Below are positions 9,928 to 20,740 of a DNA stretch of 64,000 bases, piece by piece; the stretch's first letter is position 1; every line of letters begins with the position of its first letter. The notes beneath the pieces were generated by a model. The model made no database searches. It saw only the letters and a program-made list of their open reading frames with translations, and was not told where the DNA came from. The stretch is from an uncultured delta proteobacterium (GTDB lineage: Bacteria > Desulfobacterota > Binatia > Binatales > Binataceae), in the NCBI GenBank assembly GCA_963794325.1, contig CAWCDG010000002.1, forward strand, positions 1-64,000, given 5' to 3'. The translations under genes and the position numbers were made by a program.

Positions 9928-9999
9928 GCCGGGCGCATGCAACACGCTCGGAGGCCCTGAAGCTTGACGCCTGTTGGCCGCGCGGTTAATCTTTTGGTC

Positions 10000-10623
10000 G
10001 TGCAGTCAGAAAATATCTCAGCTGGCCAAAACGAGCGTTCATTTATCGAGATTGCGCGTCGCGCACAAATCATCGAATGCGCAATCGACGCAATAGCGGA
10101 ACTCGGATACGCCAAAGCCTCGTTGGCCGAGATCGCCAAACGCGCCGGCGTCAGCAAGGGCGTGATCTCCTATCACTTCGCCGGCAAGAGCGAGTTGATG
10201 CAGCAGGTCGTGAGCACGGTGATGGAGAAAGCCGGCGCGGTGATGCTGCCCCGGATTTTTGCCGAGCACAGCGCCGCCGGAATGCTCCGCGCATACATCG
10301 AGAGCAACCTTGAGTTTCTCGATTCTCACCGCAATCACATCAGGGCGCTGATGTACATATCGGGCGGCGCCCGTCGCGACGATGGCAAGTCAGCGGTCGA
10401 TCTCACGCTGACTTTCGATCCCGCGGTGCGCGAGCTGGAAAACCTGTTGCGCTCGGGACAGGAGCACGGCGAGTTTCGTGAATTCTCGACTCGGGTGATG
10501 GCGGTGACGATCAGGAGCGCTATCGACACGGTGTCGCTCCAGTTGTCGGTGTACCCCGAGATGGATCTCAAGATCTATGCGGACGAATTGGCAACTCTGT
10601 TCAACGTAGCCACGCGTAAATAA
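10000..10623 (+). CDS. TetR family transcriptional regulator
   Basis: RRAQIIECA..GYAKASLAEIAKRAGVSKGVISYHF HTH; start uncertain (9964 or 10000). Confidence 0.92.
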   Translation: MQSENISAGQNERSFIEIARRAQIIECAIDAIAELGYAKASLAEIAKRAGVSKGVISYHFAGKSELMQQVVSTVMEKAGAVMLPRIFAEHSAAGMLRAYIESNLEFLDSHRNHIRALMYISGGARRDDGKSAVDLTLTFDPAVRELENLLRSGQEHGEFREFSTRVMAVTIRSAIDTVSLQLSVYPEMDLKIYADELATLFNVATRK

Positions 10624-10646
10624 CTCGCGCGACGGAGGGTAGTTCC

Positions 10647-11897
10647 ATGGCATCGACAGGAGCATCTCTGATTAGACCAGAAGGCGTCCAGCACGATGAA
10701 GTGCGGGCCGACGGTGTCGCACGGCCTGCGCACAATCTCGCGCTCGGCTACCTGCGCGGATTCCTGGTGGTGCTGGTGCTGGCGCATCATTCCGTCCTCG
10801 CGTACATGGGGGGGCCTCCTCAGGCCAAGTCGCTGGTGGTCCAGCCGCCATACTGGCGCGCGTTCATGGTGGTAGATCCCCACCAGTGGGCGGGATTCGG
10901 TCTGTTCACCGGCTTCAACGACGACTTCTTCATGTCGCTGATGTTCTTTCTGTCGGGCCTGTTCGTGTGGTCGAGCCTCAAGCGCAAAGGCAATGCGAGC
11001 TTCGTCCGCGATCGGCTGCGCCGCCTGGGTATTCCGTTTTTGTTCGCGGCCGCGATCGTCGCGCCCATCGCGTACTACCCGTCGTATCTGCTGACGACCG
11101 GCGCGCACAGCGTGGCCGGTTACGCTCATGATTGGCTTGCGTTTGGCGACTGGCCGACGGGCCCGGCCTGGTTCATCTGGCTGCTGCTCGCATTCGATCT
11201 GTGCGTCGCCGCGCTGTATGCGCTGATGCCGAATTTCGGTGACGCGATCGGACGTCTCGCATCGAGCGCGCGACTGCATCCGGTGCGATTTTTTCTGCTG
11301 CTGTTCGCGGCTTCTGCCGCAGTGTTCATCCCGATGCTGGCCATCTTCGGCGCGATGGCGTGGACCAGCATCGGACCGTTCCAATTCCAGACCGCGCGTC
11401 TCTTTCATTACGCGGTCTATTTTCTCGCGGGAATCGGCGTCGGCGCATACGGCATCGACCGCGGCTTGCTCGCATCCGACGGGATCCTCGCCCGTCACTG
11501 GCTACGCTGGACGATCGGGATGTTAGTGGCGTTCGCGGTGAGCGTGGTGTTCATGGTGATCGTGATTTCAAAGGGCGCCACGATGTCGCCGATTTTCATG
11601 AACATGGTCGGGGGCGCGATGTTCGCGCTGACCTGCGGCGCTATCTCGTTTTCGTTCCTGGCGCTGTTCGTGCGCTTCGCCACGCGGCGCCGCTGGATCT
11701 GGGACAGCCTGAGCGACAACGAATACGGGATGTATCTTATCCACTATATGTTCGTGTCGTGGCTGCAGCTCGCAATTCTCAGCTCGCCGCTCCCGGCGAT
11801 CGCAAAAGGATTGCTGGTATTCGCGGGTGTGCTGCTGCTCAGCTGGGGCGCCAGCGCGACTATTCGCCGCATCCCGGCAGTGTCGCGTATCGTCTGA
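10647..11897 (+). CDS. Acyltransferase family 3 (OpgC/MdoC-like) membrane protein
   Basis: YLRG..LVLAHH, FFMSLMFFLSG, DRLRRLGIP, WFIWLL, YGMYLIH. Confidence 0.88.
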   Translation: MASTGASLIRPEGVQHDEVRADGVARPAHNLALGYLRGFLVVLVLAHHSVLAYMGGPPQAKSLVVQPPYWRAFMVVDPHQWAGFGLFTGFNDDFFMSLMFFLSGLFVWSSLKRKGNASFVRDRLRRLGIPFLFAAAIVAPIAYYPSYLLTTGAHSVAGYAHDWLAFGDWPTGPAWFIWLLLAFDLCVAALYALMPNFGDAIGRLASSARLHPVRFFLLLFAASAAVFIPMLAIFGAMAWTSIGPFQFQTARLFHYAVYFLAGIGVGAYGIDRGLLASDGILARHWLRWTIGMLVAFAVSVVFMVIVISKGATMSPIFMNMVGGAMFALTCGAISFSFLALFVRFATRRRWIWDSLSDNEYGMYLIHYMFVSWLQLAILSSPLPAIAKGLLVFAGVLLLSWGASATIRRIPAVSRIV

Positions 11898-12111
11898 CTC
11901 GCACTCGTTTCGATCCGATCACGCGATTGTCCCTCTTCCCTCGATGGCAGGGGTTGGGTTGTTGAGCGTCTCGCGCGCTGACTCGCCGCAAGCGTCCGTT
12001 CAGCGGTTTCAAACTTGCCTTGCCCGACGCCCTCCAATAATTTGAAAAATGTACTCGCCATTTATGCGTAACCTTCGTCGCCTGCTTTAACCACGGTCTT
12101 CAGCGCATCTT

Positions 12112-15100
12112 ATGTGGATCGTCCGCCTCGCGCTTCGCCGTCCCCTTTCGGTCGCCGTGATGGCTCTCCTGATGCTCGTGCTCGGCGTGCTCTCCTTCGG
12201 CCTCATGAACGTCGACATTTTCCCATCGATCGATCTGCCGGTCGTCCTGGTGGTCTGGAACTACCCGGGCTTGTCCGCTTTCGACGTCGAACGGCGGATG
12301 GTCTTCATCTCGGAGCGCGCTTACTCGACCACCGTCAACGGCATCGAGCATATCGAGTCGGAATCGATCAACGGCATCGGCATCCTCAAGGTTTATTTTC
12401 AGCCGGGTGCCGACATCGGCGGCGCGATCGCGCAAATAAACGCGGTGTCTGAGACTATCCTGAGCAACCTGCCGCGCGGCATCCAACCGCCGCAGATCAT
12501 CTCGTACAATGCCAGCAACGTGCCGGTCGCGCAGCTCAACGTTTACAGCGACGTGCTTTCGACCAACAAGCTTTTCGACTACGGCCTCAACTTCATCCGC
12601 ATCCAGCTCTTCACGATCCCCGGCTTTTCCTCGCCCGCACCTCTAGGCGGTGTCAGCCGATCGGTGATGGTGAACCTGGATCCGACTGCGCTCTATGCCA
12701 ACGGGCTCTCCGCCTTCGACATCGGCACCGCGCTCGCGGCGACCAACGTCGTCATCCCGTCGGGCACCGCCAAGATGGGCAATTACGAATACAACGTTGA
12801 CCTGAACATGTCGGTGCCGAAGGTTTCCGACTTCAACAAGCTGCCGATCAAGTACCTGAACGGCGCGCCGGTTTTCCTCGGCGACGTCGCGCCAGTGACC
12901 GACTCGCATCAGCCCGAAACCAACGTCGTGCGCTTCAATGGTCAGCAGGCCACCTACCTGCTGGTGGTCAAACACGCCGACGCTTCAACCCTGAAGGTCG
13001 TCGACGCGGTCAAAAAGAAGCTGCCCGACATCCGCGCCACCGCGCCCAAAGGGTTGAACGTGATGCTGACGTTCGACCAGTCGCAATTCGTGCGCGCCGC
13101 ATTGCGCGACGTCGTGCAGGAGGCCGTCACCGCCGCGCTCCTGGTCGCGCTCATGGTGCTGCTGTTCCTCGGATCGCCGCGCAGCATGCTCATCGTGATC
13201 ACGTCGATTCCGCTTTCGATCCTCACCGCAATCATCGGGCTCAAGCTTACCGGCCAGACGATCAACACGATGACGCTCGGCGGCATCGCGCTCGCAGTCG
13301 GGATGCTGGTCGATGACGCCACGGTCGAAGTTGAAAACATTCACCGCAACCATGCGATGCACAAACCTTTGCTGGTCGCGATTCTCGACGGCGCGTCGCA
13401 GATCGCCACGCCGACGTTCGTCGGCACGCTCGCCATCTGCATCGTGTTTTTTCCGGTCGTGCTGCTGACCGGAGTCGCGCGATTTCTCTTCACGCCGCTT
13501 GCGCTTGCGGTCGTATTCGCGATGCTCACGTCGTACCTGCTCTCGCGCACGCTGGTCCCGAGCATGGCGCGCTACCTGCTCCCCGATACTCACGAGGAAA
13601 ATTTCGGCACCGGCAGATGGTCGCGCATCGTGAGCGCGTTCGACCGCCGCTTCGAGCAGGTCAGGGAGTCGTATCGCTTCGGACTCGCAAAATTCATCGC
13701 ACGCCGAACGTTCTCGCTCATCTGTGTCGCCGTCCTCATTTTATCTTCGCTGGCGATGCTGCTGGTGGTCGGCGAGGATTTCTTCCCTCGCGTCGACGCC
13801 GGCATGATGAGCCTGCATCTGCGGATGCCAACCGGGACCCGGGTCGAGCACACCGAGTACATGGTCGATAACATCGAACGCGCGATTCGCACCGTGGTGC
13901 CCGCCGACGAGCTCGAAGGCATCAGCGACAACATCGGGCTGCCGCTTTCGTACGACCTGGCGTTCTATCACACCGACTCGATTGGCCCGCAGGACGCCGA
14001 TCTGCTCATCCAGTTGAAGCCCCAGCATAAGCCGACCGCCGACTATCAGTATAAAATTCGCAGTCTTCTCGCGCGCCGGTTTCCGAACGTGACCGCGTAT
14101 TTCCAGGCCGCCGACATCGTCAGCCAGGTGCTGAATTTCGGCCTGCCCGCCGCTATCGACGCGCAAATTAATGGCAACAACCTCGAGGCCGATTACGACA
14201 TCGCGCTGCGCCTGCAGGATCGCATGCGGCAGATTCCCGGCGTCAGCGATCTCCGCATTGCTGAGCCGCAGGACTATCCGACCTTCGGCGTCAACGTCGA
14301 TCGGGCAAAGGCGCTCGAACTCGGCATCACGCAGCAGCAGGTCGCCTCGAGCATGCTCTCGACGCTCTCCGGCGCCTCGCTCTTGCAGCCCAACTTCTGG
14401 CTCGATCCCAAATCCGGCGTTAACTACAACGTGGTATCGCAGGCGCCGCAGCATCTGATCGATTCGGTCGCGACGCTCTCGAACATTCCGCTCAGCACTC
14501 CCAACATCACGGCCGGCACCCAGAGCCAGGCGCAGCTCCTTGGCAACCTCGCGACCGTCACGCACACCTGGGATCCGGCCGTCGTCGCGCACTACACCGT
14601 GCAGCGCGTCATCGATGTCGACGCCGGCGTCGAGGGCCGCGACCTCGGCAGCGTCACCGATGCGGTGCAGCACGAAATCGACCACCTCGGCCCGCTGCCC
14701 GCCGGCACTCAGGTCGTCATCCGCGGCCAAAGCCAGGCGATGCACGATTCGTTCTACACGCTCGGCGAGGGGCTGATACTCGCCATCATCCTCGTGTACC
14801 TGTTGATGGTCGCGAACTTTCAGTCGTGGCTCGAGCCGTTCATCATCATGATGGCGGTGCCGGGCGCGCTGGCCGGCGTGCTCTGGATGCTCGCGATCAC
14901 GGGCACGACCATCAACGTGGAATCCTTGATGGGCGCGATCATGGCGGTCGGCGTCGGCGTCGCCAACGGCAACCTGCTAATCGTTTTCGCCAACGAGCTG
15001 CGCGAAGAGGGATACAGCCCGCTCGCCGCCGCGATCGAGGCCGGCCGCATCCGCTTCCGCCCGATTATCATGACCGCGCTGGCGATGATCCTCGGCATGC

Positions 15101-15297
15101 TCCCGATGGCGCTGTCGCTCGGCTCCGGCTCAGAGCAGAACGCGCCGCTCGGCCGCGCAGTTATCGGCGGCCTGCTGGCGGCGACGATGATGACGTTGTT
15201 CGTGGTGCCCGCGGTTTATTCGATTTTCGGGCGCAGCCTCATCGGCAAGCATCAGCGTGACGCCGAGATCGAAGCAATCACGCTGCCCGGCGCATAG
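12112..15297 (+). CDS. RND efflux permease (AcrB/CusA family)
   Basis: 1061 aa; GMLVDDATVEVENI, RFRPIIMTALAMILGMLP. Confidence 0.95.
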   Translation: MWIVRLALRRPLSVAVMALLMLVLGVLSFGLMNVDIFPSIDLPVVLVVWNYPGLSAFDVERRMVFISERAYSTTVNGIEHIESESINGIGILKVYFQPGADIGGAIAQINAVSETILSNLPRGIQPPQIISYNASNVPVAQLNVYSDVLSTNKLFDYGLNFIRIQLFTIPGFSSPAPLGGVSRSVMVNLDPTALYANGLSAFDIGTALAATNVVIPSGTAKMGNYEYNVDLNMSVPKVSDFNKLPIKYLNGAPVFLGDVAPVTDSHQPETNVVRFNGQQATYLLVVKHADASTLKVVDAVKKKLPDIRATAPKGLNVMLTFDQSQFVRAALRDVVQEAVTAALLVALMVLLFLGSPRSMLIVITSIPLSILTAIIGLKLTGQTINTMTLGGIALAVGMLVDDATVEVENIHRNHAMHKPLLVAILDGASQIATPTFVGTLAICIVFFPVVLLTGVARFLFTPLALAVVFAMLTSYLLSRTLVPSMARYLLPDTHEENFGTGRWSRIVSAFDRRFEQVRESYRFGLAKFIARRTFSLICVAVLILSSLAMLLVVGEDFFPRVDAGMMSLHLRMPTGTRVEHTEYMVDNIERAIRTVVPADELEGISDNIGLPLSYDLAFYHTDSIGPQDADLLIQLKPQHKPTADYQYKIRSLLARRFPNVTAYFQAADIVSQVLNFGLPAAIDAQINGNNLEADYDIALRLQDRMRQIPGVSDLRIAEPQDYPTFGVNVDRAKALELGITQQQVASSMLSTLSGASLLQPNFWLDPKSGVNYNVVSQAPQHLIDSVATLSNIPLSTPNITAGTQSQAQLLGNLATVTHTWDPAVVAHYTVQRVIDVDAGVEGRDLGSVTDAVQHEIDHLGPLPAGTQVVIRGQSQAMHDSFYTLGEGLILAIILVYLLMVANFQSWLEPFIIMMAVPGALAGVLWMLAITGTTINVESLMGAIMAVGVGVANGNLLIVFANELREEGYSPLAAAIEAGRIRFRPIIMTALAMILGMLPMALSLGSGSEQNAPLGRAVIGGLLAATMMTLFVVPAVYSIFGRSLIGKHQRDAEIEAITLPGA

Positions 15298-15300
15298 AAT

Positions 15301-16446
15301 ATGCCCGAGATGGAAGACGATCCGAAAAATTTCAGCGTGCCGGCGCCCGGCGGATTTTTCTTCGCCGGATGGATCGTCGCGATCGTCGTCGCTCTAATCG
15401 CGACCGCCGGCCTCGTGCTGGCCCGCGAACTGTGGATCGGCCGCCAGACGTCAGCGCTCGAGAGTGAAAATCAGGCCGGCCCGCATGTTCTCGTCAGCCA
15501 GGTTTTAGAGGCTCCCGCGACGCGCGATCTCAAATTGCCCGCGACTATTCGCGGCTTCGACGAGACCGACATTTACGCCAAGGTTCCCGGCTACCTGAAG
15601 ACGATTAACGTCGATAAGGGCGACCGCATTCACACGGGTCAACTGCTCGCGGTGCTGACCTCGCCCGAGCTGGATCAGCAAGTCGCCAATGCGCGCGCCA
15701 ACTACAACCTCGCGCTCATCACCGACAAGCGCAATCAAACCCTCGTGCACGCGAGAGTCATCCCGCAGCAAACCGCCGACGAAAGCCACGGCGCGATGCT
15801 GCAGGCCCGTGCGACGCTTAATCAGTACATCGCCAATCAGCAGTACGAGACGATCACTGCGCCGTTCGACGGTATCGTCACCGCGCGCTACATCGATCCC
15901 GGCCACCTCGTGCCCGCGACCACCTCGCCCGGCACGCCAGGCGCAGGCGCGATAATTTCAATCTCCCGCTACAGTCCGCTGCGCGTGTTCACGTATGTGC
16001 CGCAGAACGTCGCGCCGTTCATCAGGGACGGCGATCCCGCGACGATCACGGCAGCCGGCTATCCGGGCCAGAAATTCACAGGCACCATCACACGTCATCC
16101 CGACGCGCTCTCACCCGACACGCGCACGATGCTGGTGGAAGTCGATCTACCGAATGAGAACAAGGCCCTGTATCCCGGAATGTACGCGACCGCCGAGTTC
16201 ACAGTTAAGATGGGCGCAGGATCCCCGATGGTTCCCGACGACGCCCTGGTTTTCCGCGACGGCAAAGTCTACGTCCCCGTCGTCCGCAACAACCAGTTAC
16301 ACCTCGCCGAGGTAACCCTGGGCTACGACAACGGCCAGACGGTGGAAGTCCTCAGCGGCATCAACCCCAGCGACAAGGTCGCAGTAAACGTAGGCCAGGC
16401 CGCCCGCGACGGCGAAAACGTCCAACCCGTCGACAATACGAAGTAG
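15301..16446 (+). CDS. RND periplasmic adaptor (membrane fusion protein)
   Basis: N-terminal TM, AKVPGYL..VDKGD, ITAPFDGIVT, LYPGMYA. Confidence 0.93.
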   Translation: MPEMEDDPKNFSVPAPGGFFFAGWIVAIVVALIATAGLVLARELWIGRQTSALESENQAGPHVLVSQVLEAPATRDLKLPATIRGFDETDIYAKVPGYLKTINVDKGDRIHTGQLLAVLTSPELDQQVANARANYNLALITDKRNQTLVHARVIPQQTADESHGAMLQARATLNQYIANQQYETITAPFDGIVTARYIDPGHLVPATTSPGTPGAGAIISISRYSPLRVFTYVPQNVAPFIRDGDPATITAAGYPGQKFTGTITRHPDALSPDTRTMLVEVDLPNENKALYPGMYATAEFTVKMGAGSPMVPDDALVFRDGKVYVPVVRNNQLHLAEVTLGYDNGQTVEVLSGINPSDKVAVNVGQAARDGENVQPVDNTK

Positions 16447-16457
16447 TTCGCAAAAAC

Positions 16458-16501
16458 TCCGGTTCCCCTTCCCACTATGGGAAGGGGTTAGGGATTAGGT
16501 T
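16458..16501 (+). repeat. REP-like hairpin plus G-rich tail (family 1)
   Basis: TTCCCCTTCCC-loop-GGGAAGGGGTTAGGGATTAGG; recurs at 25001-25088 and 25654-25692. Confidence 0.85.
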
Positions 16502-16544
16502 GGTTGCAATACCAACCATCGCGCCTGTCCGATAAACTTGCACG

Positions 16545-17378
16545 GTGCCCAAGCATCTGACCTTTCGCATCCATCTCCCGCCCGCGCTCGCAGGGCAGCT
16601 CGGCGCGCGCCGCAAACAGACCGGACAAACTCTCTCCGCGATCGTCGTCCAAGCCCTCGAACGATTGCTCGGCGACGAAGATCAGACTGTATTTCAGACT
16701 TCGACTGTCAACGCCCTGATGGAAGGCGCATCGACCGGCGACATGACGATGGGTGAGCTCAAGACTCACGGTGATTTTGGCCTCGGCACCTTCGACGGAC
16801 TCGACGGCGAGATGATCGAGCTCGACGGCAAGGTCTTCCAGGTGCGCGCCGACGGCCACGCGCATCCGGTCGAGGACTCCGCGCGCACGCCGTTCGCAAC
16901 GGTCAGCTTTTTCAAAGCCGACGAAAGCGCGCGGCTCGATCGTCCGTGCGATCAGCCCGCGATGCTCGAGGCAGTCGCCGCGATGCTCCCCTCGCAGAAC
17001 ATTTTTCACGCGGTGAGAATCGAAGGGCGCTTCGACTACGTGAAAACTCGCGCAGTCGCCAAGCAGGACAAGTCAGTCGGCCTCGAGGATGCCGCGCGCG
17101 AGGAGCCGATCTTCGAGTTTCACGACGTCGAGGGCACCATCGTCGGATTCTTCACGCCCGATTACCTGCGCGGCGTCAACGTCCCCGGCTATCACCTGCA
17201 TTTCATAACCGCCGACCGCAGCGCCGGCGGCCATATGCTCGATTGCCGCACGAAGGACGTGACGATCAAAATCCATCACACGCCCGAATTCGAACTGGGC
17301 ACCCCCGGCACCGAAGAATTCCTGAAAGCAGATCTGACACACGACCACACCGCCGCCATCGCAAAAATCGAACACTAA
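16545..17378 (+). CDS. budA: Alpha-acetolactate decarboxylase with an N-terminal ribbon-helix-helix-like extension
   Basis: FQTST..ALMEG, HGDFGLGTFDGLDGEMI, GYHLHFI..GGH zinc motif; about 45 extra N-terminal residues. Confidence 0.9.
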   Translation: MPKHLTFRIHLPPALAGQLGARRKQTGQTLSAIVVQALERLLGDEDQTVFQTSTVNALMEGASTGDMTMGELKTHGDFGLGTFDGLDGEMIELDGKVFQVRADGHAHPVEDSARTPFATVSFFKADESARLDRPCDQPAMLEAVAAMLPSQNIFHAVRIEGRFDYVKTRAVAKQDKSVGLEDAAREEPIFEFHDVEGTIVGFFTPDYLRGVNVPGYHLHFITADRSAGGHMLDCRTKDVTIKIHHTPEFELGTPGTEEFLKADLTHDHTAAIAKIEH

Positions 17379-17382
17379 CTCC

Positions 17383-17967
17383 TCACAAGGCGGCGAAGTT
17401 GCGATTTTCGTGCGGCCACGGCGGCGCGTCGGCGATCGCGCCGAGCACATCTTCGGGCTGCTCGACCAGCGACCACATCTTGCGATGGCGCTCGTCCATG
17501 AAACGGCGCTCGATGCAGCTCTCAAGGAACTTCACGCACGGCGTGTAAAAGCCGAGCGTGTTGACCAGCACGATCGGACCGCCGAATAGTCCGAGCCGCT
17601 TCCACGTGATCGCTTCGAACAGCTCCTCGAGCGTGCCGCATCCGCCCGGCAGCGCGATCACCGCATCGACTTCCTCGATCATCATCCGCTTGCGCTCGTG
17701 CAGGTCGTTTACGATCAGCAGCTCGCTCAGCCCGCGATGGCCCCATTCGAGGTCGTACATGAAACGCGGCAGCACGCCGATCACGCGCCCGCCTTCGGCC
17801 AGCGCCGCGTCCGCCAGATGCCCCATCGAGCCGACGCTGCCGCCGCCATAAACCAGCGTCACTTTGTTGCGCGCCAACTCGCGCCCCAGGCGTGCGGCGG
17901 CGTCGTGATAAGCACTGTCGCACTGACGACTCGACGCGCAATAAACGCAAACTCGCTTGATAGCCAT
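17383..17967 (-). CDS. LOG family nucleotide phosphoribohydrolase (TIGR00730-like)
   Basis: RVCVYCASS, LVYGGG, HERK, PGGCGTLEE; start trimmed to MAIKRV. Confidence 0.92.
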   Translation of the reverse strand: MAIKRVCVYCASSRQCDSAYHDAAARLGRELARNKVTLVYGGGSVGSMGHLADAALAEGGRVIGVLPRFMYDLEWGHRGLSELLIVNDLHERKRMMIEEVDAVIALPGGCGTLEELFEAITWKRLGLFGGPIVLVNTLGFYTPCVKFLESCIERRFMDERHRKMWSLVEQPEDVLGAIADAPPWPHENRNFAAL

Positions 17968-18288
17968 CGCGCGATCGTATCCGACCGATTCGCGCCCATC
18001 CAGATACTGATCATGCTCGTAGTCACAGACGGCGTAGCGATTCGGCGCATCCGATGTCCCGTTCTGGGACACGGCGAGCACGACGCCGCATATCGTAGGC
18101 AAGCGAAGTAGCAAGCTGCGCGGAGCAGCTGACCAAAATTCCCGAACGGATCGATGCGGTTTGACGCTAGATTGGTGGCGCATTCGCCCAGGGCGTCACT
18201 GTCCGGCTAATAACGATCCAAGCGGCTTAACCCTTGCTCTACTTGTCCTTGAGATGCGCATTCGTCGCGCATTCCGGAGGACTTTTAG

Positions 18289-20076
18289 TTGAGCGAAAGC
18301 CGATCATTCGCTAATCCAAACGCGAAATATCTGGGCGTCGTTGTCGCTGTCGCGCTCCTTCTCGGAGCGGTGTCGGTTTGGACTCTCAATTTCGTAACGC
18401 CTGCTCATGCGCAGGCGGCGCCGGCGCAAATGGAAATCGCCGGCGAGCAGTCGGTCGCGTCGGGTCGATCGATTACAAATTTCGAGGACGCGGCATCGCG
18501 AACGTCTAACGTCGAAAAGCGCGGCCTCCCGATCGCGATCCATCGACCGCTCACCGGACGCTCGAGCGCCCTTCTAGACGATGAAAGCGACGGCTTCGAC
18601 CCTGGTGATGACTCGCCCAGTTCGCAGCGACGGCATCGCGTGCGCAAGGCGGACTTTCCCGGCGGCACCGACAATGGTTCGGTGACTCCTCCAGATACGC
18701 AGGGGACGGTCGGTCCCAATCATCTGATGGCCGTGCTCAACAGCAACGTGACGATCGAAACGCGCACCGGAGTGGTTCTGAGCTCGGTTCCGATCGCGTC
18801 CTTCTGGTCGAGCCTCGGAATCAACTGGGCGTTCGATCCGCGTGTGCTGTTCGACCGCTACAGTGATCGATGGATCATATCGGCAGGCGCCAACGCCGCA
18901 TCGCCGACCGCGTGCATCCTGATCGGCGTATCGCAGACCAACGATCCGACCGGCGGCTGGAATCTCTACAAGGTGAGCGTCGATGCGAACGGCGCGAGTT
19001 GGGCCGACTATCCTACGCTCGGTTTCAACGGCGACTGGATCGTGGTGCAGGCCAACGTCTTCACCGTCAGCCAGGGCGCGTATGTTGGATCGTATGTTTA
19101 CGCGTTCGACAAAGCCGGCTTGTACGCGGGCGGCGCCGGCCAATACACAGTCTTCCACGATCCGACCGGATTCACCGACTACCCGGCGGTGACCCACGAT
19201 AACACGCTCGCGACGGAGTACCTGGTGCAAAACTGGAGCGGCAGGGGCGGGACGCTTCGCATCAGCGCGATCACGGGCCGGGTCGGATCGGAAGTGCTGA
19301 CGACTGGCGTCGCTTTCCCGAAGTCTGCGAAAGCGTGGAATGATTCCGCCGCGGTCACTAACTTCGCACCGCAACTCGGCTCGGCTTCAGGAATCGATAC
19401 GGACGACGATCGAATCGAGAACTGCGTCTATCGAAACGGATCTTTGTGGGCGGCGCAGACGGTGTTCCTCCCTGCGACCGGCACGCCGACACGTTCGTCG
19501 GCGCAGTGGTGGCAGATAAACACCGCGAGCGGCAGCGTCGGCGTAGTGCAGCAACTTGGAAGGCGCGACGATTCAACCGGGCATTTCGATTACGCGTACC
19601 CGACGCTGGACGTCAACGCGAACGACGACATGATGCTTGGCTACTCGCGATTCGGCGCGACCCAATATGCGAGCGCGAACTACTCGTACCGGCTCCACAA
19701 CGACCCGCCGAACACGCTCGAAGCCGACACGGTCTTCAAATCGGGTGAAGGGCCGTACTTCAAAGATTTCGGCACGGGCGACAATCGATGGGGCGACTAC
19801 AGCAACGTCGCCGTCGATCCGATCAACGACCTCGACCTGTGGACGATCCAGGAATACGCGGGCCCGGGCAACACGTGGGGAACATGGTGGGGGACGATCG
19901 AGCTCAGGGGAAATGCGACCCCGACTCCTACGGCCACGAGAACTCCGAAGCCGACTCCGACGCGGACTCCACGGCCGACCCGCACACCCAAGCCGAGGCG
20001 CACGCCGAAACCGAAGCGCACACCGACTGCGACTCCGACGCCCGTGGGTTATTGGAGCGCACCGGGTGAAACTTAG
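18289..20076 (+). CDS. Exported beta-rich protein with a Pro/Thr/basic C-terminal tail
   Basis: Signal peptide AHA|Q, PPDT..VGPNH, FDP, DYP, RWGDYS motifs; (TP/KP/RT)n tail. Confidence 0.75.
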   Translation: MSESRSFANPNAKYLGVVVAVALLLGAVSVWTLNFVTPAHAQAAPAQMEIAGEQSVASGRSITNFEDAASRTSNVEKRGLPIAIHRPLTGRSSALLDDESDGFDPGDDSPSSQRRHRVRKADFPGGTDNGSVTPPDTQGTVGPNHLMAVLNSNVTIETRTGVVLSSVPIASFWSSLGINWAFDPRVLFDRYSDRWIISAGANAASPTACILIGVSQTNDPTGGWNLYKVSVDANGASWADYPTLGFNGDWIVVQANVFTVSQGAYVGSYVYAFDKAGLYAGGAGQYTVFHDPTGFTDYPAVTHDNTLATEYLVQNWSGRGGTLRISAITGRVGSEVLTTGVAFPKSAKAWNDSAAVTNFAPQLGSASGIDTDDDRIENCVYRNGSLWAAQTVFLPATGTPTRSSAQWWQINTASGSVGVVQQLGRRDDSTGHFDYAYPTLDVNANDDMMLGYSRFGATQYASANYSYRLHNDPPNTLEADTVFKSGEGPYFKDFGTGDNRWGDYSNVAVDPINDLDLWTIQEYAGPGNTWGTWWGTIELRGNATPTPTATRTPKPTPTRTPRPTRTPKPRRTPKPKRTPTATPTPVGYWSAPGET

Positions 20077-20353
20077 GCGAAAACCGGCGCCCCTGAGTGC
20101 AGCGGTGCAACTCGAGATTTGACTCTGATGCTACAAATAGGCGGATCACATAAACAGAACGTTCGACACCGGCCGAAGTAAAAATGACAAATTTATCCGC
20201 CCGATTGAAGGAAGAAATTCACTTTAAGTAGCGTTATCACATTAGAACTTGATCTATCCATTATAAGCTCGGTTGAGCGGTCCAAATCTTGCGACGACAT
20301 GTTTTGTGAAGGTACGTTGTGTCTTGACGGGAAGTGCGTCGGGAGGCTTTTAA

Positions 20354-20536
20354 ATGCGAATCGGCGGAAAATCGGCAGTGAAATCGTCGCATGACCTGAT
20401 TCTGATCGTCGGCGCGGTAATCGCGATTGCGATGATCGTCTCGAAAATGATTCACAACTGGCGGACTTTGCCATCGAACTTGGGGATGACTAACGCGGCA
20501 GTGATGATGGCGGACAACGATCCCGCGCCACGCTGA
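20354..20536 (+). CDS. Small hypothetical single-TM protein
   Basis: GGGAGG RBS upstream; hydrophobic LILIVGAVIAIAMIV; hairpin downstream. Confidence 0.45.
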   Translation: MRIGGKSAVKSSHDLILIVGAVIAIAMIVSKMIHNWRTLPSNLGMTNAAVMMADNDPAPR

Positions 20537-20613
20537 TTTTCTCTTTTCACTCCGGCCGCGATGCCGGCGAAAGGGAGGCGCATCGCGAGTCAAGCCTGGT
20601 ATCCGATATCCGA

Positions 20614-20638
20614 ACAGGCCCGGAAATTCCGGGCCTGT
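20614..20638. terminator. Perfect GC-rich hairpin, possible terminator
   Basis: ACAGGCCCGGAA-A-TTCCGGGCCTGT 12-bp stem; weak U-tract. Confidence 0.5.
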
Positions 20639-20740
20639 CGCGTTTTCGATTCTGCGCGATCAAGCCGCACTCGATCCGCATTCCGCGTTTCCGAGCGTAA
20701 TCGTCTTCAGCCGTAGACGCGCCGCATTCACGTCAGTAAA

